The position numbers and the translations under genes were made by a program. Below, piece after piece: positions 19,434-32,303 of a DNA stretch of 64,000 nt; positions within the stretch are counted from its first letter, which is position 1, and the number at the start of each line of letters is the position of its first letter. The notes beneath the pieces were generated by a model. It had not been told where the DNA came from. It saw only the letters and a program-made list of their open reading frames with translations, and did not search any database. This DNA is from Candidatus Omnitrophota bacterium (GTDB taxonomy: Bacteria; Omnitrophota; Gorgyraeia; S143-82), in NCBI GenBank assembly GCA_015494465.1, contig WGBD01000001.1, positions 25,030 through 89,029 of the forward strand. The letters run 5' to 3'.

Positions 19434-20060
19434 TTAAGACTTCTTGGCCTTGCGCACAAACACCATAGACTTGATGTGTCCCGGCACTGAACCCTTTATC
19501 ACCAACACATTGTTATCCTTGTCTATCCTAACAACCTTAAGATTCTGGACGGTCACCCTCGCGTTGCCCATGTGTCCAGGCAGGTGCCTGCCCTTTATCA
19601 CCCGTCCCGGGAAGGTGCCCGGTCCCAAAGAACCTATCACCCGATGGGACATGGAACCGTGGGTGGCAGGCCCACCGGACCAGCCCCAGCGCTTCATACC
19701 TCCTGCAAAGCCCCGCCCTTTGGACTTGCCAACCACATCCACCTTGGCAACGCCCTCAAAGAGCTCTATCCCTATCTCCTGACCGACCGAGGGCAACTCC
19801 TCACCCTTGGCCAGGACCTCGCGTATGTACCTCTTGGGCGGGATCTCCAGCTTTTTGAATATGCCCAGAACCGGCTTGGTGAGCTTATTCTCTTTTACGT
19901 CAACGAAGGCAATCTGAACGTTCTTCTTGCCAGAAGGAAATTCTTTTACGCCAAGAACGACTGCAGGATATATCTCTATAACCGTAACCGGGACGAGTCT
20001 GCCATCCTCTTCGAATATCTGGGTCATCCCCAGTTTTCTGCCAAACAAACCTTCTATCAT
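19434..20060 (-). CDS. rplC: 50S ribosomal protein L3
   Basis: L3 N-terminus (M)IEGLFGRKLGMTQIF; ATG at about 20060 is 9 nt downstream of a GGAGG Shine-Dalgarno; ORF track TTG start at 20069. Confidence 0.92.
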   Translation of the reverse strand: MIEGLFGRKLGMTQIFEEDGRLVPVTVIEIYPAVVLGVKEFPSGKKNVQIAFVDVKENKLTKPVLGIFKKLEIPPKRYIREVLAKGEELPSVGQEIGIELFEGVAKVDVVGKSKGRGFAGGMKRWGWSGGPATHGSMSHRVIGSLGPGTFPGRVIKGRHLPGHMGNARVTVQNLKVVRIDKDNNVLVIKGSVPGHIKSMVFVRKAKKS

Positions 20061-20094
20061 ATCGGTCAAGCCTCCTTTCGTCCAGCGCAGTTCG

Positions 20095-20125
20095 GCAGGT
20101 CTCCCCAGCCGAACTGTTAGACCAT
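20095..20125 (-). promoter_or_regulatory. second leader hairpin upstream of rplC
   Basis: 9-bp inverted repeat CAGTTCGGC / GCCGAACTG with 11-nt loop, about 25 nt upstream of the GGAGG SD of rplC. Confidence 0.35.
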
Positions 20126-20140
20126 ACCCATCTTCGGATA

Positions 20141-20178
20141 CAAAAAGGTGACGGGCGATCTATCTCCGGCCCGTCACC
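20141..20178 (-). terminator. intrinsic-terminator-like hairpin immediately downstream of rpsJ
   Basis: Minus-strand RNA: perfect 10-bp GC-rich stem GGUGACGGGC/GCCCGUCACC with 12-nt loop, followed by UUUUU; 6 nt after rpsJ stop, about 80 nt before rplC start. Confidence 0.55.
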
Positions 20179-20184
20179 CTTCGT

Positions 20185-20493
20185 TTACATCTTTATCTCT
20201 ACATCCACCCCTGCGGGCAGATTGAGTTTCTTCAAGGCATCTATCGTCTTGGCAGTCGGCCCCACTATCTCCAGGAGGCGCTTGTGAGTGCGTATCTCAA
20301 ACTGCTCCCTGGACTTCTTGTCTATCACCGGAGACCTCAACACGGTGTAGATCTCCCTCTTCGTGGGAAGAGGGATAGGACCAACCACCTTGGCACCCGT
20401 GCGCTGGGCAGATGCCACTATCTCTTTCACCGACCGATCGAGTATCCTGTGCTCGTACGACTTCAGCTTTATCCGTATTCTCTGTTCCGCCAT
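20185..20493 (-). CDS. rpsJ: 30S ribosomal protein S10
   Basis: 102 aa; [19 protein letters not shown]... typical S10. Confidence 0.95.
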   Translation of the reverse strand: MAEQRIRIKLKSYEHRILDRSVKEIVASAQRTGAKVVGPIPLPTKREIYTVLRSPVIDKKSREQFEIRTHKRLLEIVGPTAKTIDALKKLNLPAGVDVEIKM

Positions 20494-20524
20494 GGCAAAG
20501 AACGACCGCCTCTCGAATCGCGAA

Positions 20525-21727
20525 CTACTCTATTATCTCGGTTACGACACCCTTTCCGATGGTCTTACCACCCTCACGGATAGCAAACCTCAACTCCTTC
20601 TCCAGAGCAACCGGTGCAATCAACTCCACCTCAAAGGTGACGTTGTCGCCCGGCATCACCATCTCAACGCCCTCGGGCAGTTTTATGGTCCCGGTAACGT
20701 CGGTGGTGCGGAAGTAGAACTGAGGCCTGTATCCGGTGAAGAACGGCTTGTGCCTTCCTCCTTCCTCCTTGCTCAGGACGTAGACCTGGGCCCTGAACTT
20801 GGTGTGAGGGGTAATGCTACCCGGAGCAGCGAGGACCATTCCTCTCTTGAGGTCCTTCTTCTCAACGCCCCTCAACAACAGACCAACGTTGTCTCCTGCC
20901 TGACCCTCGTCAAGGATCTTGCGGAACATCTCTATACCGGTAACCACGGTCTTACCGATCTTGTTGTTGAAACCGACGACCTCAACCTCATCGCCGACCT
21001 TTATCTTACCCCTCTCTATCCTACCGGTAGCGACGGTTCCACGACCGGAGATGGAGAAGACATCCTCAACCGCCATAAGGAACGGCTTGTCTATCTCCCT
21101 GACCGGATCGGGTATGTACTCATCTACCGCCTTCATCAACTCTATTATCGGCTTGCAGTTGGGACAGTCGTCCTTTCCGCAACCGCACTCCATAGCTTTC
21201 AGAGCGCTTCCCCTGATTATGGGGACCTCGTCGCCGGGATACTCGTACTTGCTCAGGAGCTCCCTTATCTCCATCTCGACCAGATCCAACAACTCCGGAT
21301 CGTCCACCTGATCTACCTTGTTCATAAAGACGACGATCGCAGGAACATTCACCTGTCTGGCCAAGAGGATGTGCTCTCTGGTCTGGGGCATCGGTCCATC
21401 GGTAGCAGCGACCACCAATATGGCACCATCCATCTGGGCTGCACCGGTAATCATGTTCTTTATGTAGTCAGCGTGCCCTGGACAGTCTATGTGGGCGTAG
21501 TGCCTCTTGTCGGTCTGGTACTCCACGTGGGCGATGTTTATGGTAACACCCCTCTGCTTCTCCTCGGGAGCGTTATCTATCTGATCGTATTCCTTTGCCT
21601 CAGCCATACCCCTCTGGGCAAGGACCTTGGTTATCGCCGAAGTCAACGTGGTCTTACCGTGGTCAACGTGACCTATGGTTCCGATGTTGACGTGCGGTTT
21701 CGTTCTTACGAACTTCTCTTTTGCCAT
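20525..21727 (-). CDS. tuf: elongation factor Tu (with unusual CxCx4CxxC insertion)
   Basis: 400 aa; [23 protein letters not shown]-domain motifs; domains II and III conserved; extra [12 protein letters not shown] loop in domain I. Confidence 0.97.
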   Translation of the reverse strand: MAKEKFVRTKPHVNIGTIGHVDHGKTTLTSAITKVLAQRGMAEAKEYDQIDNAPEEKQRGVTINIAHVEYQTDKRHYAHIDCPGHADYIKNMITGAAQMDGAILVVAATDGPMPQTREHILLARQVNVPAIVVFMNKVDQVDDPELLDLVEMEIRELLSKYEYPGDEVPIIRGSALKAMECGCGKDDCPNCKPIIELMKAVDEYIPDPVREIDKPFLMAVEDVFSISGRGTVATGRIERGKIKVGDEVEVVGFNNKIGKTVVTGIEMFRKILDEGQAGDNVGLLLRGVEKKDLKRGMVLAAPGSITPHTKFRAQVYVLSKEEGGRHKPFFTGYRPQFYFRTTDVTGTIKLPEGVEMVMPGDNVTFEVELIAPVALEKELRFAIREGGKTIGKGVVTEIIE

Positions 21728-21747
21728 CTCCTACACCTCCTGCTGTT

Positions 21748-23835
21748 TTATGCGCTCTTACTTGCTGTCCTCTTTCCGACGATCTTCTCGGCTATATTAG
21801 GCGGAACCTCCGCATAATAAGAAGGTTCCATTGTATATGTTCCACGGCCCTGTGTCAAGGACCTCAAGGCATTGGCGTAATCAAAGGTCTCCGCCAAGGG
21901 GATATCGCCCCTTATCACCTTCAAATGTCCCCTCTGTCCCAGAGAGGTTATCTTACACCTACGGCTGTTAAGATCGCCTATCACCGCACCCATATATTCC
22001 TCAGGAACGGTTACCTCTATGTCCATAATGGGCTCCAAGAGGATGAGCCCTGCCCTTTTGGCCCCGTCGCTAAGGGCAAGCGCTGCAGCCAGTTTAAAGG
22101 CGAACTCCGACGAATCCACCTCGTGGAAAGATCCGTCCACAAGCGTGACCTTTATGTCGGTAAGGGGATAACCTGCCAAGACCCCGTTCTGGGCCTCGGA
22201 GAGGATTCCCTCTTTTACCGCGGGGATGTATTCTTTGGGTATTACGCCTCCCTTTATCTTGTCCACGAACTCTATCCCTGATCCCCTTTCACCGGGTTCT
22301 ATCTCTATGATAACATGGCCGTACTGCCCCCTACCTCCGGACTGCTGTATGTACTTACCTTCACTGCGGACCGGCTTTCGGATGGTCTCGCGGTAGGCGA
22401 CCTCCGGAGTACCTACATTGGCATCCACGTTGAATTCCCGGCGCATACGGTCAACGATTATCTCCAGATGGAGCTGGCCCATGCCGGAGATAAGCGTCTG
22501 GCCGGTCTCGGGGTTATACCTGACCCGGAAGGTCGGGTCCTCTTCTTCAAATTTCTTGAGAGCCATGGCCAGTTTGTCCTGATCCGCCTTGGTCTTGGGC
22601 TCTATGGAAAGGGATATGACCGGCTCGGGGAACTTCATGGATTCCAAGATAATCGGATATTCCTCGTCGCAGAGGGTATCACCGGTCTTGGTCTCCTTCA
22701 GGCCAACGAAGGCGACTATGTCGCCGGTAAATATCTCTTTCACTATCTCCTGACGGTTTGCGTGCATCCGCACTATCTTGGAGACCCTCTCCTTGGTGCG
22801 ACGGGTGGAGTTGTATATGTAAACACCGGAGGTGAGCTTCCCGGAATACACCCGCACATAGGTTAGTTTACCAACGTAAGGATCGGTCATTATCTTGAAG
22901 GCTAAGGCACAGAAGGGCGCCTCGTCCGAAGGTATTCTCTCCTCGTATTCCCCGGTCTTGGGATTCATCCCCTTCACTGCAGGTATATCTATTGGGGAAG
23001 GGAGGTAGTCGCAGATCGCATCCAACAGCAACTGCACACCCTTATTCTTGAGGGCGGTTCCGCATAGGACGGGGACGAACTTATTCTTTACCACTGTACG
23101 GCGGATGGCCTTCTTTATGTCTTCGGTGGTAATCTCCTCCTCTGCGAGGTACTTCTCCATTATCTCATCGTCTACCTCGCCCAACCTCTCTATCAGGTTC
23201 TCCCGCCACTTCTTGGCCTCCTCTATCATCTCCTCGGAGATGGGCAGTATCTCCATCTCCTTACCGAGGTCGTCCTTGTAGATGCGCATATTCCACTCCA
23301 CCAGATCCACTATCCCTTTAAAGGAATCCTCTTTACCTACGGGTAATTGTATAGGCGCTGCATGGGAGGCCAAGCGCTCCTTCATCTGATCCAAGACTGC
23401 AAAGAAGTCTGCACCCACGCGGTCCATCTTGTTGACGAAGGCGATGCGCGGGACATTGTACTTGTCCGCCTGGCGCCACACCGTCTCGGTCTGGGGCTGA
23501 ACCCCACCCACACCGCAGAACACGACCACCGCACCGTCGAGGACCTTCAAGGACCTCTCCACCTCAACGGTGAAGTCCACGTGGCCCGGAGTGTCTATGA
23601 TGTTTATCTGGCAGTCCTTCCACTTACAGCTTATACTTGCCGCGGTAATGGTTATTCCTCTTTCCCTTTCCTGGGCCATCCAGTCGGTAGTGGCGGTCCC
23701 TTCGTGGACCTCACCTATCTTGTGTATCCTTCCGGTATAAAAGAGGATTCTTTCCGTAGTGGTGGTCTTGCCCGCATCTATGTGGGCGATAATACCGATG
23801 TTGCGTATCTTATCCAAAGGTATCTCTCTCGGCAT
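21748..23835 (-). CDS. fusA: elongation factor G
   Basis: 695 aa; [23 protein letters not shown]; str operon position. Confidence 0.97.
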   Translation of the reverse strand: MPREIPLDKIRNIGIIAHIDAGKTTTTERILFYTGRIHKIGEVHEGTATTDWMAQERERGITITAASISCKWKDCQINIIDTPGHVDFTVEVERSLKVLDGAVVVFCGVGGVQPQTETVWRQADKYNVPRIAFVNKMDRVGADFFAVLDQMKERLASHAAPIQLPVGKEDSFKGIVDLVEWNMRIYKDDLGKEMEILPISEEMIEEAKKWRENLIERLGEVDDEIMEKYLAEEEITTEDIKKAIRRTVVKNKFVPVLCGTALKNKGVQLLLDAICDYLPSPIDIPAVKGMNPKTGEYEERIPSDEAPFCALAFKIMTDPYVGKLTYVRVYSGKLTSGVYIYNSTRRTKERVSKIVRMHANRQEIVKEIFTGDIVAFVGLKETKTGDTLCDEEYPIILESMKFPEPVISLSIEPKTKADQDKLAMALKKFEEEDPTFRVRYNPETGQTLISGMGQLHLEIIVDRMRREFNVDANVGTPEVAYRETIRKPVRSEGKYIQQSGGRGQYGHVIIEIEPGERGSGIEFVDKIKGGVIPKEYIPAVKEGILSEAQNGVLAGYPLTDIKVTLVDGSFHEVDSSEFAFKLAAALALSDGAKRAGLILLEPIMDIEVTVPEEYMGAVIGDLNSRRCKITSLGQRGHLKVIRGDIPLAETFDYANALRSLTQGRGTYTMEPSYYAEVPPNIAEKIVGKRTASKSA

Positions 23836-23847
23836 GGTTCCCTCTCC

Positions 23848-24315
23848 TTACCATCTGAAGTGGGCAAACGCCTTGTTTGCCTCTGCCATCTTGTGGGTAT
23901 CTTCCTTCTTCTTGACCGCTGCACCCTCTCCGCGGTATGCAGAGAGCAACTCATCCGCAAGTTTCTCGTGCATGGGCCTGCCCTTTCTGGCCCGGGCAAG
24001 GTCCCGTATCCACTTCATTGCCAGAAAGTATCCCCTGTAATCGGGGACCTCCATGGGTATCTGGTAGGTTGCACCCCCGACCCTACGGGGTCTTACCTCT
24101 ACCCGAGGACGCACGTTGTCCAGGGCCTTGTAAAACACCTTTAACTCGTCCTCTCCGGTCTTTTCTTTTAATATCTTAAAGGCGGTATAAACTATACGCT
24201 GGGCAAGGGTCTTCTTGCCCCGCATCATTATCATGTTTATAAACTTGGCAACCCGCTCACTGTTGTATATGGGATCGGGTGCTATCTTGCGTCTCTCTGC
24301 CCTTCTTCGCCTCAT
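23848..24315 (-). CDS. rpsG: 30S ribosomal protein S7
   Basis: 155 aa; S7 family; between rpsL and fusA. Confidence 0.95.
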   Translation of the reverse strand: MRRRRAERRKIAPDPIYNSERVAKFINMIMMRGKKTLAQRIVYTAFKILKEKTGEDELKVFYKALDNVRPRVEVRPRRVGGATYQIPMEVPDYRGYFLAMKWIRDLARARKGRPMHEKLADELLSAYRGEGAAVKKKEDTHKMAEANKAFAHFRW

Positions 24316-24330
24316 ATCCCCATCTCTCCT

Positions 24331-24705
24331 TTACTTCTTGGGCCGTTTGGTCCCGTAAAGCGAACGGGACTTCTTACGGCCTTCCACTCCAGCGGCATCC
24401 AACGCACCTCTTATAATGTGATATCTGACACCGGGAAGGTCCTTTACCCTTCCACCCCTTACCAAGACTATAGAGTGCTCTTGAAGGTTGTGCCCTTCAC
24501 CGGGGATGTATGCGGTCACCTCGATCCCGGTGGTCAGGCGGACCCTTGCGACCTTACGCAGAGCGGAGTTCGGCTTTTTCGGAGTCATGGTCCTAACCTG
24601 TACGCACACTCCCCTGCGCTGAGGACAACCCTTTAGAGCAGGAGACTTGGACTTTCTGACCTTCGGTTTCCTCCCCAGTCTAACTAACTGATTTATCGTC
24701 GGCAT
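24331..24705 (-). CDS. rpsL: 30S ribosomal protein S12
   Basis: 124 aa; [13 protein letters not shown]... canonical S12. Confidence 0.97.
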   Translation of the reverse strand: MPTINQLVRLGRKPKVRKSKSPALKGCPQRRGVCVQVRTMTPKKPNSALRKVARVRLTTGIEVTAYIPGEGHNLQEHSIVLVRGGRVKDLPGVRYHIIRGALDAAGVEGRKKSRSLYGTKRPKK

Positions 24706-24721
24706 AATACCTCCCGTAAAC

Positions 24722-27700
24722 TTACCTCGGTATCTCTTCTAGGTCCTCTTCCTCGGCAGCTTTTATGTTTGCCTTGGCTCCCGTACCTGCGGGAATTACA
24801 TGGCCTACAATTACGTTCTCCTTAAGGCCGTAGAGACTATCCTTTTTACCAGCCCAAGCGGCCTCTGTCAAGACCCTTGCTGTCTCCTGGAAGCTGGCTG
24901 CGGATATAAAGCTCTCGGTGTGGAGCGCAGCCTTGGTTATCCCGAGGAGCACTGGGGAATAGGTGGCAGGCCTTTTCCCTTGCTTTATCAGTTCACGGTT
25001 AACAGCGAGGAGCTTGTGTTTGTCCACGTAATCACCTGCCAAGAACTCGCTGTCTCCCGGATCCTCTACCTGCACCTTGCGGAGCATCTGGCGGATGATG
25101 ATCTCTATGTGCTTGTCGTTTATCTTTACGCCCTGCAGGCGGTAGACCTCCTGTATCTCGTTGACCAGGTACTCCTGCAAGACCCTATCACCGCAGATCC
25201 TGAGTATGTCCTGCAGGACTACCGGCCCATCGGTCAACTGCTGACCTGCGGTAACGTAATCGCCTTTATACACGGTTGGGTGCTTACCCGGTGGCAGGAC
25301 GTACTCCTTAACCATACCCGAGGGACTGCGGATGATTATCTTCCTCTGTCCCTTCTTGGTCTCGCCGAACTCAACATACCCGTCTATCTCACTGATGATG
25401 GCAGGATCTTTGGGCCTCCTGGCCTCAAACAGCTCAGCCACCCTTGGGAGACCACCGGTGATGTCGCGGGTCTTGATAACCACTTTCGGTTGTTTGGCCA
25501 AGATATCTCCCGCCTCCACCTTCTGGCCCTCATCCACGAGAATGTGGGCACCCCTTGGAATGGGGTATATGCCGACGGTCTCTCCCTTGGCATTGAGTAT
25601 GACTATCTGCGGGTGATAATCCGCTCTGTGCTCCAAAACCACCCGCTCTTTTATACCCGATATCTCGTTCACCTGCTGTTTTATGGTGACGTTCTCTATG
25701 ATGTCTTCGTACTTGACCGTACCGTCCACCTCGCTGAGTATCGGCTGGGTGTAGGGATCCCACTTCACGATGGTCTCGTTGGCCTTGACCTTGCTCTTGT
25801 CGGGATAGAGGATCAGGGCTCCCTGGGGAACCGGATACCTCTCCAGTTCGCGCCCGCTGGGATCATTTATGCTGATGGCCCCGTTCCGGTTGAGGACCAC
25901 ATATCCCTCGGACTTCTTGGCCACCCGCAGGTTATGATAGACGAGCACTCCGTCGCTTTTGGGTTCTATGCTGGACTTCTCCACCACCCTGCTGGCGGTT
26001 CCACCGATGTGGAACGTGCGCATCGTCAACTGGGTGCCCGGCTCACCAATGGACTGGGCAGCAACTATACCTACCGCCTCGCCCACCTCGACAAGTTTCC
26101 CGGTGGCCAGGTTCCTGCCGTAGCACTTTGCGCACACGCCCCTCTGGGACTCACAGGTCAATACACTCCTTATGCGAACGGTCTCTATCCCTGCCTCGCG
26201 GATCTTCCTTGCCTTTTCCTCGGTTATCTCCTCACCCGCCCGAACTATCACCTCATCGGTAATGACGTCCACGATGTTGTCGAGGGCGGTCCTTCCTATT
26301 ATCCTCTCCTCCAGGCTCACGACCTCCTCGTCGCCCTCCATGATCGAACTAACCGCTATTCCGTTGAGAGTCCCACAGTCTTCCTCAACGACGATCACAT
26401 CCTGGGCGACATCCACCAGCCTGCGGGTGAGGTATCCCGCATCCGCGGTCTTCAAGGCGGTATCCGCCAATCCCTTTCTGGCCCCGTGGGCGGAGAGGAA
26501 GTACTCCAAGACATTCAGTCCTTCGCGGAAGTTGGCCACGATCGGGTTCTCAATAATCTCTCCCGAAGGCTTTGCCATCAATCCCCTCATACCTGCCAAC
26601 TGCCTTATCTGTAGTTTGGATCCCCTTGCGCCGGAGTCTGCCATGAGGAAGAGGGGATTGAAGGGATCGAATTCCTTAAACACATAATTGGAGACCTCTT
26701 CGGTGGTGTGGGTCCAGATGTCTATTATCTTGCTGTAGCGCTCACCCTCGGTTATCAATCCCTTGCGGTACTGCTCTTCTATCCTGCGGGCCTCCTTCAT
26801 CGCCTGCTCGATCAACCTCTTCTTTTCTTTGGGGACATTGAGATCGGTTATTGCGATGGAGAGACCCGAATAGGTCGCGTAGTTGAACCCGAGTTCCTTT
26901 ATCTTGTCGAGTGTCTCTACGGTAACTTCGTGCCCCATGCGATCGTATATATCCTTCACCAACTGGGCGAGCTTGCCCTTGTCCATCTGCAGGTTGACGA
27001 ACGGGAAGCCCTTGGGCAGATAGTGATTGAATACCACCCTCCCTACGGTGGTCTCGATTATCTGGGTCTTCTCCTCAGGCACATCCTCCTGCCCGTAATA
27101 GGGCCCCTTTATCCTCACCTTTATCTTGGCGTGGAGATCCACCTCCTTGTCCTGATAGGCGGTCAGGACCTCATCCACGTCGGCGAATACCATCCCTTCG
27201 CCCTTGGCTCCTGGTTTTTCCTTGGTCATGTAGGCGATACCTAAGACCATGTCCTGGCTGGGAGTGGCAATCGCCCGACCGTTTGCCGGGGAGAAGAGGT
27301 TGCGGGCTGCGTTCATCAGTATCCGGGCCTCGGTCTGGGCCTCCAAAGACAACGGCACGTGGACCGCCATCTGGTCTCCGTCGAAGTCTGCATTGAATGC
27401 TGCGCAGACCAGAGGATGGAGCTGTATTGCCTTACCCTCTATGAGTTTGGGCTGGAAGGCCTGTATACTCAAGCGGTGAAGTGTGGGTGCGCGGTTGAGG
27501 AGAACATAGTGGTCCTGGATCACCTCTTCCAGTATGTCCCAGACCTCGGACTTGGTGCGCTCTACGACTTTGCGCGCACCCTTTATGGTGTGGACGACGC
27601 CTCTTTCTTTCAGTTTCCTTATGATGAAGGGCTCAAACAACTCGAGGGCCATCTCCTTGGGCAGACCGCACTCGTTTATCTTCAACTCCGGTCCGACGAC

Positions 27701-28738
27701 TATGACCGAACGGCCGGAATAGTCAACGCGCTTACCCAACAGATTCTGACGGAACCGGCCCTGCTTACCCTTTAGCATATCCGCCAAGGACTTCAGCGGA
27801 CGATTGTTCGCACCGAGAGCGGGCCTCCCGTGCCTGCCGTTGTCAAACAGGGCATCTACCGCCTCCTGAAGCATCCTCTTCTCGTTGCGGATGATTATGT
27901 CCGGGGCGTTCAGAGCAAGGAGTTTCTTCAGACGATTATTGCGGTTTATCACCCTCCTGTACAGGTCGTTAAGGTCGCTGGTTGCGAACCTGCCACCGTC
28001 CAACGGCACCAATGGACGCAGATCCGGGGGTATCACCGGTATCACATCCATAACCAGCCACTCGGGCTGATTACCGGACCTGCGGAAGTCCTCCAGGATG
28101 GACAGGACCTTCAACTGTTTCTTTACATTCTGTCCGCCCTTCTCTATCTGCTTGCGCAGTTCCGCTATCTTCTTCTCCAGATCCAGCTCCAGAAGAAGGT
28201 CCCTAATCGCCTCAGCACCTATCTTGGCGACGAAGGTGCCCTCGCCGTATCTGTCGAGGCAGTCGTAATAACGCTCTATGGTGAGCATCTCCCCTTTGGC
28301 CAAGGGGGTATCGCCCGGATCTATGACGATGAACTCCTCGTAGTAGATGATCTTCTCCAGATTCCGATAAGACAGGCCCAACAGCGCGCTCAACCTGCTG
28401 GGGACGACCTTGAAAAACCATACGTGGACCACCGGTGCAGCCAACTGGATGTGTCCCATCCTCTCCCTGCGCACGGTGGAGCGGGTTATCTCCACCCCGC
28501 ACCGGTCGCAGACCACGCCCTTGTACTTCATCCCCTTGTACTTTCCACAGTTGCACTCCCAGTCCTTCACCGGACCGAATATACGCTCACAGAAGAGGCC
28601 GTCTTTTTCCGGTTTCAGGGTTCGGTAATTAATCGTCTCCGGCTTCTTGACCTCACCGTAAGACCAAGAGCGTATTGCCTCAGGAGAGGCTATCTTGATA
28701 GAGATACTATCAAACCCGCCTTTGGTACTAAATAACAT
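24722..28738 (-). CDS. rpoC: DNA-directed RNA polymerase subunit beta prime
   Basis: 1338 aa; zinc-binding CNCGKYKG...CDRCGVE, catalytic NADFDGDQM. Confidence 0.97.
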   Translation of the reverse strand: MLFSTKGGFDSISIKIASPEAIRSWSYGEVKKPETINYRTLKPEKDGLFCERIFGPVKDWECNCGKYKGMKYKGVVCDRCGVEITRSTVRRERMGHIQLAAPVVHVWFFKVVPSRLSALLGLSYRNLEKIIYYEEFIVIDPGDTPLAKGEMLTIERYYDCLDRYGEGTFVAKIGAEAIRDLLLELDLEKKIAELRKQIEKGGQNVKKQLKVLSILEDFRRSGNQPEWLVMDVIPVIPPDLRPLVPLDGGRFATSDLNDLYRRVINRNNRLKKLLALNAPDIIIRNEKRMLQEAVDALFDNGRHGRPALGANNRPLKSLADMLKGKQGRFRQNLLGKRVDYSGRSVIVVGPELKINECGLPKEMALELFEPFIIRKLKERGVVHTIKGARKVVERTKSEVWDILEEVIQDHYVLLNRAPTLHRLSIQAFQPKLIEGKAIQLHPLVCAAFNADFDGDQMAVHVPLSLEAQTEARILMNAARNLFSPANGRAIATPSQDMVLGIAYMTKEKPGAKGEGMVFADVDEVLTAYQDKEVDLHAKIKVRIKGPYYGQEDVPEEKTQIIETTVGRVVFNHYLPKGFPFVNLQMDKGKLAQLVKDIYDRMGHEVTVETLDKIKELGFNYATYSGLSIAITDLNVPKEKKRLIEQAMKEARRIEEQYRKGLITEGERYSKIIDIWTHTTEEVSNYVFKEFDPFNPLFLMADSGARGSKLQIRQLAGMRGLMAKPSGEIIENPIVANFREGLNVLEYFLSAHGARKGLADTALKTADAGYLTRRLVDVAQDVIVVEEDCGTLNGIAVSSIMEGDEEVVSLEERIIGRTALDNIVDVITDEVIVRAGEEITEEKARKIREAGIETVRIRSVLTCESQRGVCAKCYGRNLATGKLVEVGEAVGIVAAQSIGEPGTQLTMRTFHIGGTASRVVEKSSIEPKSDGVLVYHNLRVAKKSEGYVVLNRNGAISINDPSGRELERYPVPQGALILYPDKSKVKANETIVKWDPYTQPILSEVDGTVKYEDIIENVTIKQQVNEISGIKERVVLEHRADYHPQIVILNAKGETVGIYPIPRGAHILVDEGQKVEAGDILAKQPKVVIKTRDITGGLPRVAELFEARRPKDPAIISEIDGYVEFGETKKGQRKIIIRSPSGMVKEYVLPPGKHPTVYKGDYVTAGQQLTDGPVVLQDILRICGDRVLQEYLVNEIQEVYRLQGVKINDKHIEIIIRQMLRKVQVEDPGDSEFLAGDYVDKHKLLAVNRELIKQGKRPATYSPVLLGITKAALHTESFISAASFQETARVLTEAAWAGKKDSLYGLKENVIVGHVIPAGTGAKANIKAAEEEDLEEIPR

Positions 28739-31700
28739 GTCTCTCCTTCTCCGCTTTTATGTCCAGCCCCAAACCTCTAATCTCCCTCATCAACACATTA
28801 AACGACTCAGGAGTACCACCCTCAAGGTGTGGTTCTCCCTTGACGATGGACTCGTATAGTCTGGTCCTACCCTCCACATCGTCGCTCTTCACGGTCAGCA
28901 TCTCGTGCAGGGTGGCAGCAGCACCGTAACCCTCCAGTGCCCAGACCTCCATCTCTCCAAAACGCTGACCACCGAACTGGGCCTTTCCGCCCAGAGGCTG
29001 TTGGGTTATCAGTGAGTAGGGGCCTATCGCCCGCGCGTGTATCTTATCCGCAACCATGTGTATCAGTTTCATTATGTACATGTATCCGACGGTGACTTCC
29101 TGATCGAACGGCTCTCCGGTGTGACCGTCGTATACAGTGACCTTCCCGTGCTCGGGCAGGCCTGCCTTTCGCATGTATTCCCGTATCTCCTCTTCACTCG
29201 CACCGTCGAACACCGGACAGGCGAAGTGCAGGCCGAGGAGCTTACCCGCCCAACCGAGGTGGGTCTCGAGTATCTGACCCACATTCATACGGGAAGGCAC
29301 TCCCAGCGGGTTCAAGACCACATCCACCGGTGTACCGTCTGCGAGGAACGGCATGTCCTCACGGGGGACTATTGTGGCTATGACGCCTTTATTTCCGTGC
29401 CTACCGGCCAACTTGTCTCCCACTGACAGCTTCCGCTTGGTAGCGACGTAGACTATCACCTTCTTAAGGACGCCCGGCTTGAGGTCGTCGCCGTACTTTA
29501 TCTGGTTTATCTCCAACTGTTTGTCGGTGAGAAGGGCCCGGTAGTCCTCTTCGTAATTAATGAGGACCTCCCTGGCCTCTTCCAAAACATCCTCCTCTAT
29601 CTTCATATCTGCCAGATCCTCCAGGGTAAGGGTCGCAGCCTTTCTGGCGCTCACCCCCAAGAGTTCCTGAAGGGTCTGGTTCTTTTTCTTCTCCAGTTCC
29701 TCTAACTTCTTCTGATAAAGGGCCTCTACCTCCTTTATCCGGGCATTCTCCAGTTGCCGGTCCTTCTTGGTCTTCTTCTTGGGATCCTTCCTCTCAAAGA
29801 CCTCCACCTTCACTACGACGCCCTCTACACCCGGAGGGGCAACCAAGGAGGTGTTCTTTACATCTCCTGCCTTTGTGCCGAATATGGCCCTGAGGAGCCT
29901 CTCCTCGGGAGAAAGCTCCTTCTCGGTCTGAGGTGTTATCTTACCAACCAGTATCGTGCCGGGTTTGACCTCTGCCCCTATGCGGATAATCCCATTTTCG
30001 TCGAGGTCCTTTAGGGCTTCTTCACTTATACCCGGTATGTCCCGGGTAATCTCCTCGTTGCCCAGGCGGGTCTCGCGGGCCTCTATCTCGAATTCGTCTA
30101 TGTGGATTGAGGTGTAGACATCCTCCCGCACGACATTCTCGCTTATCACTATAGCGTCCTCGAAGTTGTATCCCCGCCAGGGCATAAAGGCGACCAGGAG
30201 GTTCTTACCCAGAGCTAGCTCCCCGTTGGCAGTGGCCTGACCGTCGGCGAGGACCTCACCCTTCTTTACCTTCTGACCGGGCTTAACGATGGGCTTCTGG
30301 TTGACACAGGTATTGGTGTTGGAGCGCTCGAACTTCCTTAGGCGGTACTCAACCTCCCCGCTCTTGCCCTTTACGACTATACGGGAGGCATCTACGTAAA
30401 CGACCTCTCCTGCCTCCCGCGCTATCACCACTGCCCCGGAGTCCCGGGCGACCTTTGCCTCCATGCCCGTACCCACTATCGGGGCCTCGGTCTTCATAAG
30501 CGGTACCGCCTGCCTCTGCATGTTGGAACCCATCAACGCACGGTTGGCGTCGTCGTGCTCCAAGAACGGAATGAGAGAGGCAGCAACCGAAACCAACTGC
30601 TTGGGAGATACATCCATATACTCAACCTTCTCCGGCGGGACCTGAGGGAAGTCTCCCTTGTACCTACAGGAGACCAACGGGCCTATCAATCTGCCCTCTT
30701 CGTCTACCGGGGTGTTGGCGTTGGCTATGATCTTCTCCTCTTCCACATCCGCAGTGAGGTACTCTATCTTGCCGGTTAACCTGCCGTTCTCCACCTTTAT
30801 GTACGGCGTCTCCAGAAAGCCCAACTTGTTCACCCGGGCATAGCAGGCCAGAGAGTTTATCAATCCGATGTTCGGACCTTCCGGGGTCTCTATCGGACAT
30901 ATTCGCCCGTAGTGGGAGGGGTGTATGTCCCTCACCTCAAAGCCTGCCCTCTCCCGGGATAGACCTCCCGGACCAAGCGCGCTCAGACGGCGCTTGTGGG
31001 TGGTCTCTGCCAAAGGATTGACCTGATCCATAAATTGGGACAGAGGCGAACGGGCAAAGAAGTCGTGTATCTGGTTGTACAGGAACTTGTAATTTATGAT
31101 GTGCTGGGGCAGAAGTTTTTTCAGGTCCTCTTCCCCGAGGATGGAGATCCTCTCCCTTATGGCCCGCTCCATACGGACCAAGGCTATACGCACCTGTTCC
31201 TGCAACAGCTCACCTGCGGGTTTTACCCTCCGGTTGCCAAGGTGGTCTATGTCGTCGGGTTTGCCTCCCAGATCCGCCTGCAGGGAGAGGAGATACTTCA
31301 CGGTAGCGAGCATTATGTCCGGCGTCAGGACCCGCTTGGAAGGGGAAAGCTTAATACCGAGTTTCCTATGGATGATAAAGGCCCCGACATCGCCCATGTC
31401 GTAATATCTGGGATCGTAGAACATCCTTATAAAGAGGTTCTGGGCGATCTCTAAAGTGGAGGGCTCGGTGGGCCTCATCTTGCGATGAAACTCTAGAAGA
31501 GCGGACTCCATGTCCCTGTTGTGGCTCTTCTTTAGGGTGGGCTCAAAGGCCTTGAAAAGCTCCTCGCTCCCGAGGGCCTTTCTTATGTCCTCATCAGTAG
31601 AGAAGCCGAACATCCTCAGGATGTCCGCTGCGTTGAAGGTGCGCCTCCGGTCTATCTGGACTATAAGGGCATCGGCGTAATCGAAGTGGAAGTCAACCCA

Positions 31701-32195
31701 GGCCCCCCGATGGGGGATGATACGGGCTATGTAAGTGGGCTTCCCGGTGGGATGCTCTTCTTCTATGAAGAAGACACCCGGAGACCTCTGCAACTGGTTA
31801 ACGATCACCCTCTCGTCGCCGTTGATAACATAGGAGGCATTAGGGGTAATGAGTGGGATCTCACCCATATACACATCCTGCTCCCGGGCCTCTTCCCCTA
31901 CGATCAGACGGAAACGGACCCTGAGCGGAGCAGAATAGGTCACCCCCCGCCTCTTGGCCTCCTCTATAGAGTACCTCGGGATACCTATCGAATAGGACAC
32001 ATACTCCAGCCGAATCCCTTTTTCCGGTATCTCTATAGGGAAAATCTCCCGAAATACCGCCTCTAATCCCTGATTCTTCCTCTTACTGGCGGGGACACTT
32101 CTCTGGAGGAAGTTTTCGAAGGAATTTACCTGCAGTTCCAACAGATACGGGATCTTCGCCTGTTCTTTTACCCTACCGAAACTTATCCTTTTCAT
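28728..32195 (-). CDS. rpoB: DNA-directed RNA polymerase subunit beta
   Basis: 1155 aa; conserved beta-subunit blocks; directly upstream of rpoC. Confidence 0.97.
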   Translation of the reverse strand: MKRISFGRVKEQAKIPYLLELQVNSFENFLQRSVPASKRKNQGLEAVFREIFPIEIPEKGIRLEYVSYSIGIPRYSIEEAKRRGVTYSAPLRVRFRLIVGEEAREQDVYMGEIPLITPNASYVINGDERVIVNQLQRSPGVFFIEEEHPTGKPTYIARIIPHRGAWVDFHFDYADALIVQIDRRRTFNAADILRMFGFSTDEDIRKALGSEELFKAFEPTLKKSHNRDMESALLEFHRKMRPTEPSTLEIAQNLFIRMFYDPRYYDMGDVGAFIIHRKLGIKLSPSKRVLTPDIMLATVKYLLSLQADLGGKPDDIDHLGNRRVKPAGELLQEQVRIALVRMERAIRERISILGEEDLKKLLPQHIINYKFLYNQIHDFFARSPLSQFMDQVNPLAETTHKRRLSALGPGGLSRERAGFEVRDIHPSHYGRICPIETPEGPNIGLINSLACYARVNKLGFLETPYIKVENGRLTGKIEYLTADVEEEKIIANANTPVDEEGRLIGPLVSCRYKGDFPQVPPEKVEYMDVSPKQLVSVAASLIPFLEHDDANRALMGSNMQRQAVPLMKTEAPIVGTGMEAKVARDSGAVVIAREAGEVVYVDASRIVVKGKSGEVEYRLRKFERSNTNTCVNQKPIVKPGQKVKKGEVLADGQATANGELALGKNLLVAFMPWRGYNFEDAIVISENVVREDVYTSIHIDEFEIEARETRLGNEEITRDIPGISEEALKDLDENGIIRIGAEVKPGTILVGKITPQTEKELSPEERLLRAIFGTKAGDVKNTSLVAPPGVEGVVVKVEVFERKDPKKKTKKDRQLENARIKEVEALYQKKLEELEKKKNQTLQELLGVSARKAATLTLEDLADMKIEEDVLEEAREVLINYEEDYRALLTDKQLEINQIKYGDDLKPGVLKKVIVYVATKRKLSVGDKLAGRHGNKGVIATIVPREDMPFLADGTPVDVVLNPLGVPSRMNVGQILETHLGWAGKLLGLHFACPVFDGASEEEIREYMRKAGLPEHGKVTVYDGHTGEPFDQEVTVGYMYIMKLIHMVADKIHARAIGPYSLITQQPLGGKAQFGGQRFGEMEVWALEGYGAAATLHEMLTVKSDDVEGRTRLYESIVKGEPHLEGGTPESFNVLMREIRGLGLDIKAEKERHVI

Positions 32196-32251
32196 GGCCC
32201 TCCACTATTAACGGTTAACGGTGATTTTGCACATACACTATCATAATCACG

Positions 32252-32280
32252 ATCCCCTGTCCCGCACGGACAGGGGATCG
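32252..32280 (-). promoter_or_regulatory. rplL-rpoB intergenic attenuator-like hairpin
   Basis: Perfect 12-bp inverted repeat GATCCCCTGTCC / GGACAGGGGATC with 5-nt loop in the 108-nt rplL-rpoB spacer; no clean U tract. Confidence 0.45.
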
Positions 32281-32303
32281 CAACCTATTGACGCTTAAAG
32301 GGA

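Noticed and set aside
18506-19468. Long plus-strand ORFs (18506..19468, 20363..21817, 24800..26614, 27830..28735, 13176..14072, 11665..12729 and similar) antisense to ribosomal protein, tuf and rpoBC genes
   Set aside because: They overlap well-supported minus-strand genes with strong family signatures, have low-complexity Pro/Arg/His/Leu-rich translations, and are the expected shadow ORFs of GC-rich highly expressed genes.
28728-32195. Apparent 1-nt discrepancy between my line-based indexing of the rpoB start codon and the ORF-track coordinate
   Set aside because: Most likely my own counting error in that line; all other anchor points checked (543, 1031, 3660, 28738, 32304, 35113, 35517) agree with the ORF track, so it is not treated as a frameshift.
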